Shown here: one piece after another, positions 60,721-64,000 of the stretch | Numbering within the stretch: the first letter of the stretch is position 1 | Layout: every line of letters starts with the position of its first letter | Source: Asterias rubens | Lineage: Eukaryota | Direction: 5' to 3' | Length of the DNA: 64,000 nucleotides | Assembly (NCBI RefSeq): GCF_902459465.1 | Contig: NC_047072.1 | Span: 16,058,001 to 16,122,000 of the forward strand | Position numbers and translations under genes: made by a program | Notes under the pieces: generated by a model | The model's database searches: none | Seen by the model: only the letters and a program-made list of their open reading frames with translations | What the model was told of the DNA's origin: nothing

Positions 60721-63086
60721 CAGATTGATTGATTTCTCACCTAAACTGTCACCTCTCCTTGTCCTCTCTACTGGTGGTGGTGGGGCAAGCTTAGCTAAGA
60801 TGTCTTTCTCTCCTACAGTCGCTGCTCTTTTCTTCATCGTAAAAGCAGAATCTTCCTCTTCCACTTTGTCTTCATCAGAAAGAGCTTCTATTCGTAGGGG
60901 ATCTTTAAGAATCAAGAAAGTCCTCATGTGACTACAATAAACTTACCCATTATATTTGAAATGAGAAAGGTTGCATCCCCTTAATAGGGTGATCACCTGG
61001 CTACCGCTTCCCAGGTTGTATTGTAAACTTGGGTGTGATCCCTGGCAGTAAAAAGTCAGATGGCTTCTGAATGGAACCCTCGATAACATTAAGTCAGATG
61101 GCTTCTGAATGGAACCCTCGATAACATAAAGTCAGATGGCTTCTGAATGGAACCCTCGATAACATTAAGTCAGATGGCTTCTGAATGGAACCCTCGATAA
61201 CATAAAGTCAGATGGCTTCTGAATGGAACCCTCGATAACATAAAGTCAGATGGCTTCTGAATGGAACCCTCGATAACATAAAGTCAGATGGCTTCTGAAT
61301 GGAACCCTCGATAACATAAAGTCAGATGGCTTCTGAATGGAACCCTCGATAACATAAAGTCAGATGGCTTCTGAATGGAACCCTCGATAACATAAAGTCA
61401 GATGGCTTCTGAATGGAACCCTCGATAACATAAAGTCAGATGGCTTCTGAATGGAACCCTCGATAACATAAAGTCAGATGGCTTCTGAATGGAACCCTCG
61501 ATAACATAAAGTCAGATGGCTTCTGAATGGAACCCTCGATAACATAAAGTCAGATGGCTTCTGAATGGAACCCTCGATAACATAAAGTCAGATGGCTTCT
61601 GAATGGAACCCTCGATAACATTAAGTCAGATGGCTTCTGAATGGAACCCTCGATAACATAAAGTCAGATGGCTTCTGAATGGAACCCTCGATAACATTAA
61701 GTCAGATGGCTTCTGAATGGAACCCTCGATAACATAAAGTCAGATGGCTTCTGAATGGAACCCTCGATAACATAAAGTCAGATGGCTTCTGAATGGAACC
61801 CTCGATAACATTAAGTCAGATGGCTTCTGAATGGAACCCTCGATAACATTAAGTCAGATGGCTTCTGAATGGAACCCTCGATAACATAAAGTCAGATGGC
61901 TTCTGAATGGAACCCTCGATAACATAAAGTCAGATGGCTTCTGAATGGAACCCTCGATAACATAAAGTCAGATGGCTTCTGAATGGAACCCTCGATAACA
62001 TAAAGTCAGATGGCTTCTGAATGGAACCCTCGATAACATAAAGTCAGATGGCTTCTGAATGGAACCCTCGATAACATAAAGTCAGATGGCTTCTGAATGG
62101 AACCCTCGATAACATAAAGTCAGATGGCTTCTGAATGGAACCCTCGATAACATAAAGTCAGATGGCTTCTGAATGGAACCCTCGATAACAAAAAGTCAGA
62201 TGGCTTCTGAATGGAACCCTCGATAACATAAAGTCAGATGGCTTCTGAATGGAACCCTCGATAACATAAAGTCAGATGGCTTCTGAATGGAACCCTCGAT
62301 AACATAAAGTCAGATGGCTTCTGAATGGAACCCTCGATAACATAAAGTCAGATGGCTTCTGAATGGAACCCTCGATAACATAAAGTCAGATGGCTTCTGA
62401 ATGGAACCCTCGATAACATAAAGTCAGATGGCTTCTGAATGGAACCCTCGATAACATAAAGTCAGATGGCTTCTGAATGGAACCCTCGATAACATTAAGG
62501 CAACTTTTACAAGCAACTGCCGTGCATGCTACAAAACCTTTATGGTAGCACATTAGTCTTTTTCAAACAATGTCTTACGATCCCAAAGAATAGTATGTTA
62601 ACATTCAACTCTCTTCTTGGAAATTGCCTGGAACTGTCCATCTGTAAATTGCCTTGTGTGACATAGACCTTATCGCAAATATTGACAAGCGCGCGTCAGG
62701 CGTGGAATGAGGTGCATGGTAGATAGACCAGCATGTGCCTCATTCAATGAATAGCCTTACTGCCTACCTGAATGAGTTCTTTGTCTTCCTTCAGCGTCCG
62801 GTGCTATCTTAACCGTCTTGCCATCCGGAGCAACATGAAGAGCAACTGGCTGGAAGATGTTAGCATCCTTTACAATCAATCAGAGAACATGTCAATCAAT
62901 TTACATCCCACTAAGCAACTTTAGATCATAGCGGAAATCAAACAGGGAGGTTTTTTATGGCTAGGGAGCGTCTCACACAGTACTTACAGGGTCTGGAGAT
63001 ATGGAGGCAAAGTCAAAATTAGCAGGAGATTGTGAAGATGGCGACTGAGTGGCAGGAAAAGGAGAATCAGCAAATGTGGCCCAATT
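54493..63086 (-). CDS. REPS1: REPS1/REPS2-like (RalBP1-associated Eps-domain protein), last nine coding exons; 5' exons lie beyond the window
   Basis: Exons (minus): 63086-62988, 62867-62768, 60902-60741, 59114-59048, 57941-57682, 56639-56401, 55923-55804, 55237-55098, 54652-54493. All GT-AG and phase-compatible (1347 nt). The C-terminal coiled coil [31 protein letters not shown]-like..LRPF matches the recalled REPS1/2 C-terminus; NWATF...FQPVALH and RSRSYS blocks and Pro-rich SH3-ligand tracts also fit. Probably the single co-ortholog of REPS1/2. Confidence 0.85.
61053..62498. repeat. 38-bp minisatellite, ~38 copies, in a REPS intron
   Basis: Unit AAGTCAGATGGCTTCTGAATGGAACCCTCGATAACATA, with CATA/CATT variants. 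Confidence 0.98.
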
Positions 63087-63550
63087 CTGTAGGATGCAAA
63101 AATAACAAGACATGGTGGTGCATGGATCAAATACAGTGCTTGGATTCAGCTGACCACTAAAGATCTTATGCATTGACGTCATCCAGCCGCCATCTTAGAG
63201 GTAAATCGATGCTGAAACAATCAAAATGCAAAGATTTTTTTGAGCGGCGCCATGTTTGGCCATGACGGCAGCTCTTTTACCTCTTGGTAAGGGCGCCCTA
63301 CTAATATGACATCATGTACATAAGTTCTATTTCATACAGCTGCTTAAGCACAAAAAGTAGCTATGCACAACAAATTTATGCTTACTGAAAAGGTTACCAG
63401 CCAAAATACCATGTCACTCATACAACTTGTGACTGGTCCTGCAAATTTTTGCCAAGCAAACAAAATCTGTGAGCAAAATTGTCTGCTTAAGCAGCTCTAT
63501 GAAATTGGGCATTGGAGGTGAAGGCGTAAATAATGTATTTGGTCAAAATC

Positions 63551-64000
63551 CAATACAAGGATTACAATACTTTGACATCTAGGCAAACCAATGGTCAATC
63601 CAATACAAGGATTACAATACTTTGACATCTAGGCAAACCAATGGTCAATCCAATACAAGGATTACAATACTTTGACATCTAGGCAAACCAATGGTCAATC
63701 CAATACAAGGATTACAATACTTTGACATCTAGGCAAACCAATGGTCAATCCAATACAAGGATTACAATACTTTGACATCTAGGCAAACCAATGGTCAATC
63801 CAATACAAGGATTACAATACTTTGACATCTAGGCAAACCAATGGTCAATCCAATACAAGGATCACAATACTTTGACATCTAGGCAAACCAATGGTCAATC
63901 CAATACAAGGATCACAATACTTTGACATCTAGGCAAACCAATGGTCAATCCAATACAAGGATCACAATACTTTGACATCTAGGCAAACCAATGGTCAATC
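63551..64000. repeat. 50-bp minisatellite, at least 9 copies, running off the window end
   Basis: Unit CAATACAAGGATTACAATACTTTGACATCTAGGCAAACCAATGGTCAATC. Confidence 0.97.

Overview
AT-rich, intron-rich animal genomic DNA. The repeat families and gene models suggest an echinoderm, probably a sea star (inference). No CRISPR, rRNA or convincing tRNA genes were found. Three host loci were reconstructed by hand from splice sites. (1) On the + strand, a class C (mGluR-like) GPCR locus has TWO intact, divergent, signal-peptide-bearing 5' exons (1746-2715 and 12422-13346). Both end in a phase-1 GT donor at the homologous codon, but only ONE set of downstream exons exists (15538-16718, 17058-17906). 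This is a candidate variable-first-exon (protocadherin/UGT1-like) receptor and the main finding. (2) On the - strand, a complete 10-exon CDK5RAP1/MiaB tRNA methylthiotransferase gene (51635 to 27879, 669 aa). (3) On the - strand, the 3' nine coding exons of a REPS1/2-like endocytic adaptor (63086 to 54493). Introns and intergenic DNA hold an L2/CR1-type LINE with a 2A-like peptide and a second LINE fragment inserted at the homologous position, a Merlin (IS1595-like) transposase with compensating frameshifts, a foldback element, several MITE/SINE families and about ten unrelated minisatellite arrays. Coordinates were counted manually; repeat boundaries may be off by a few bases.
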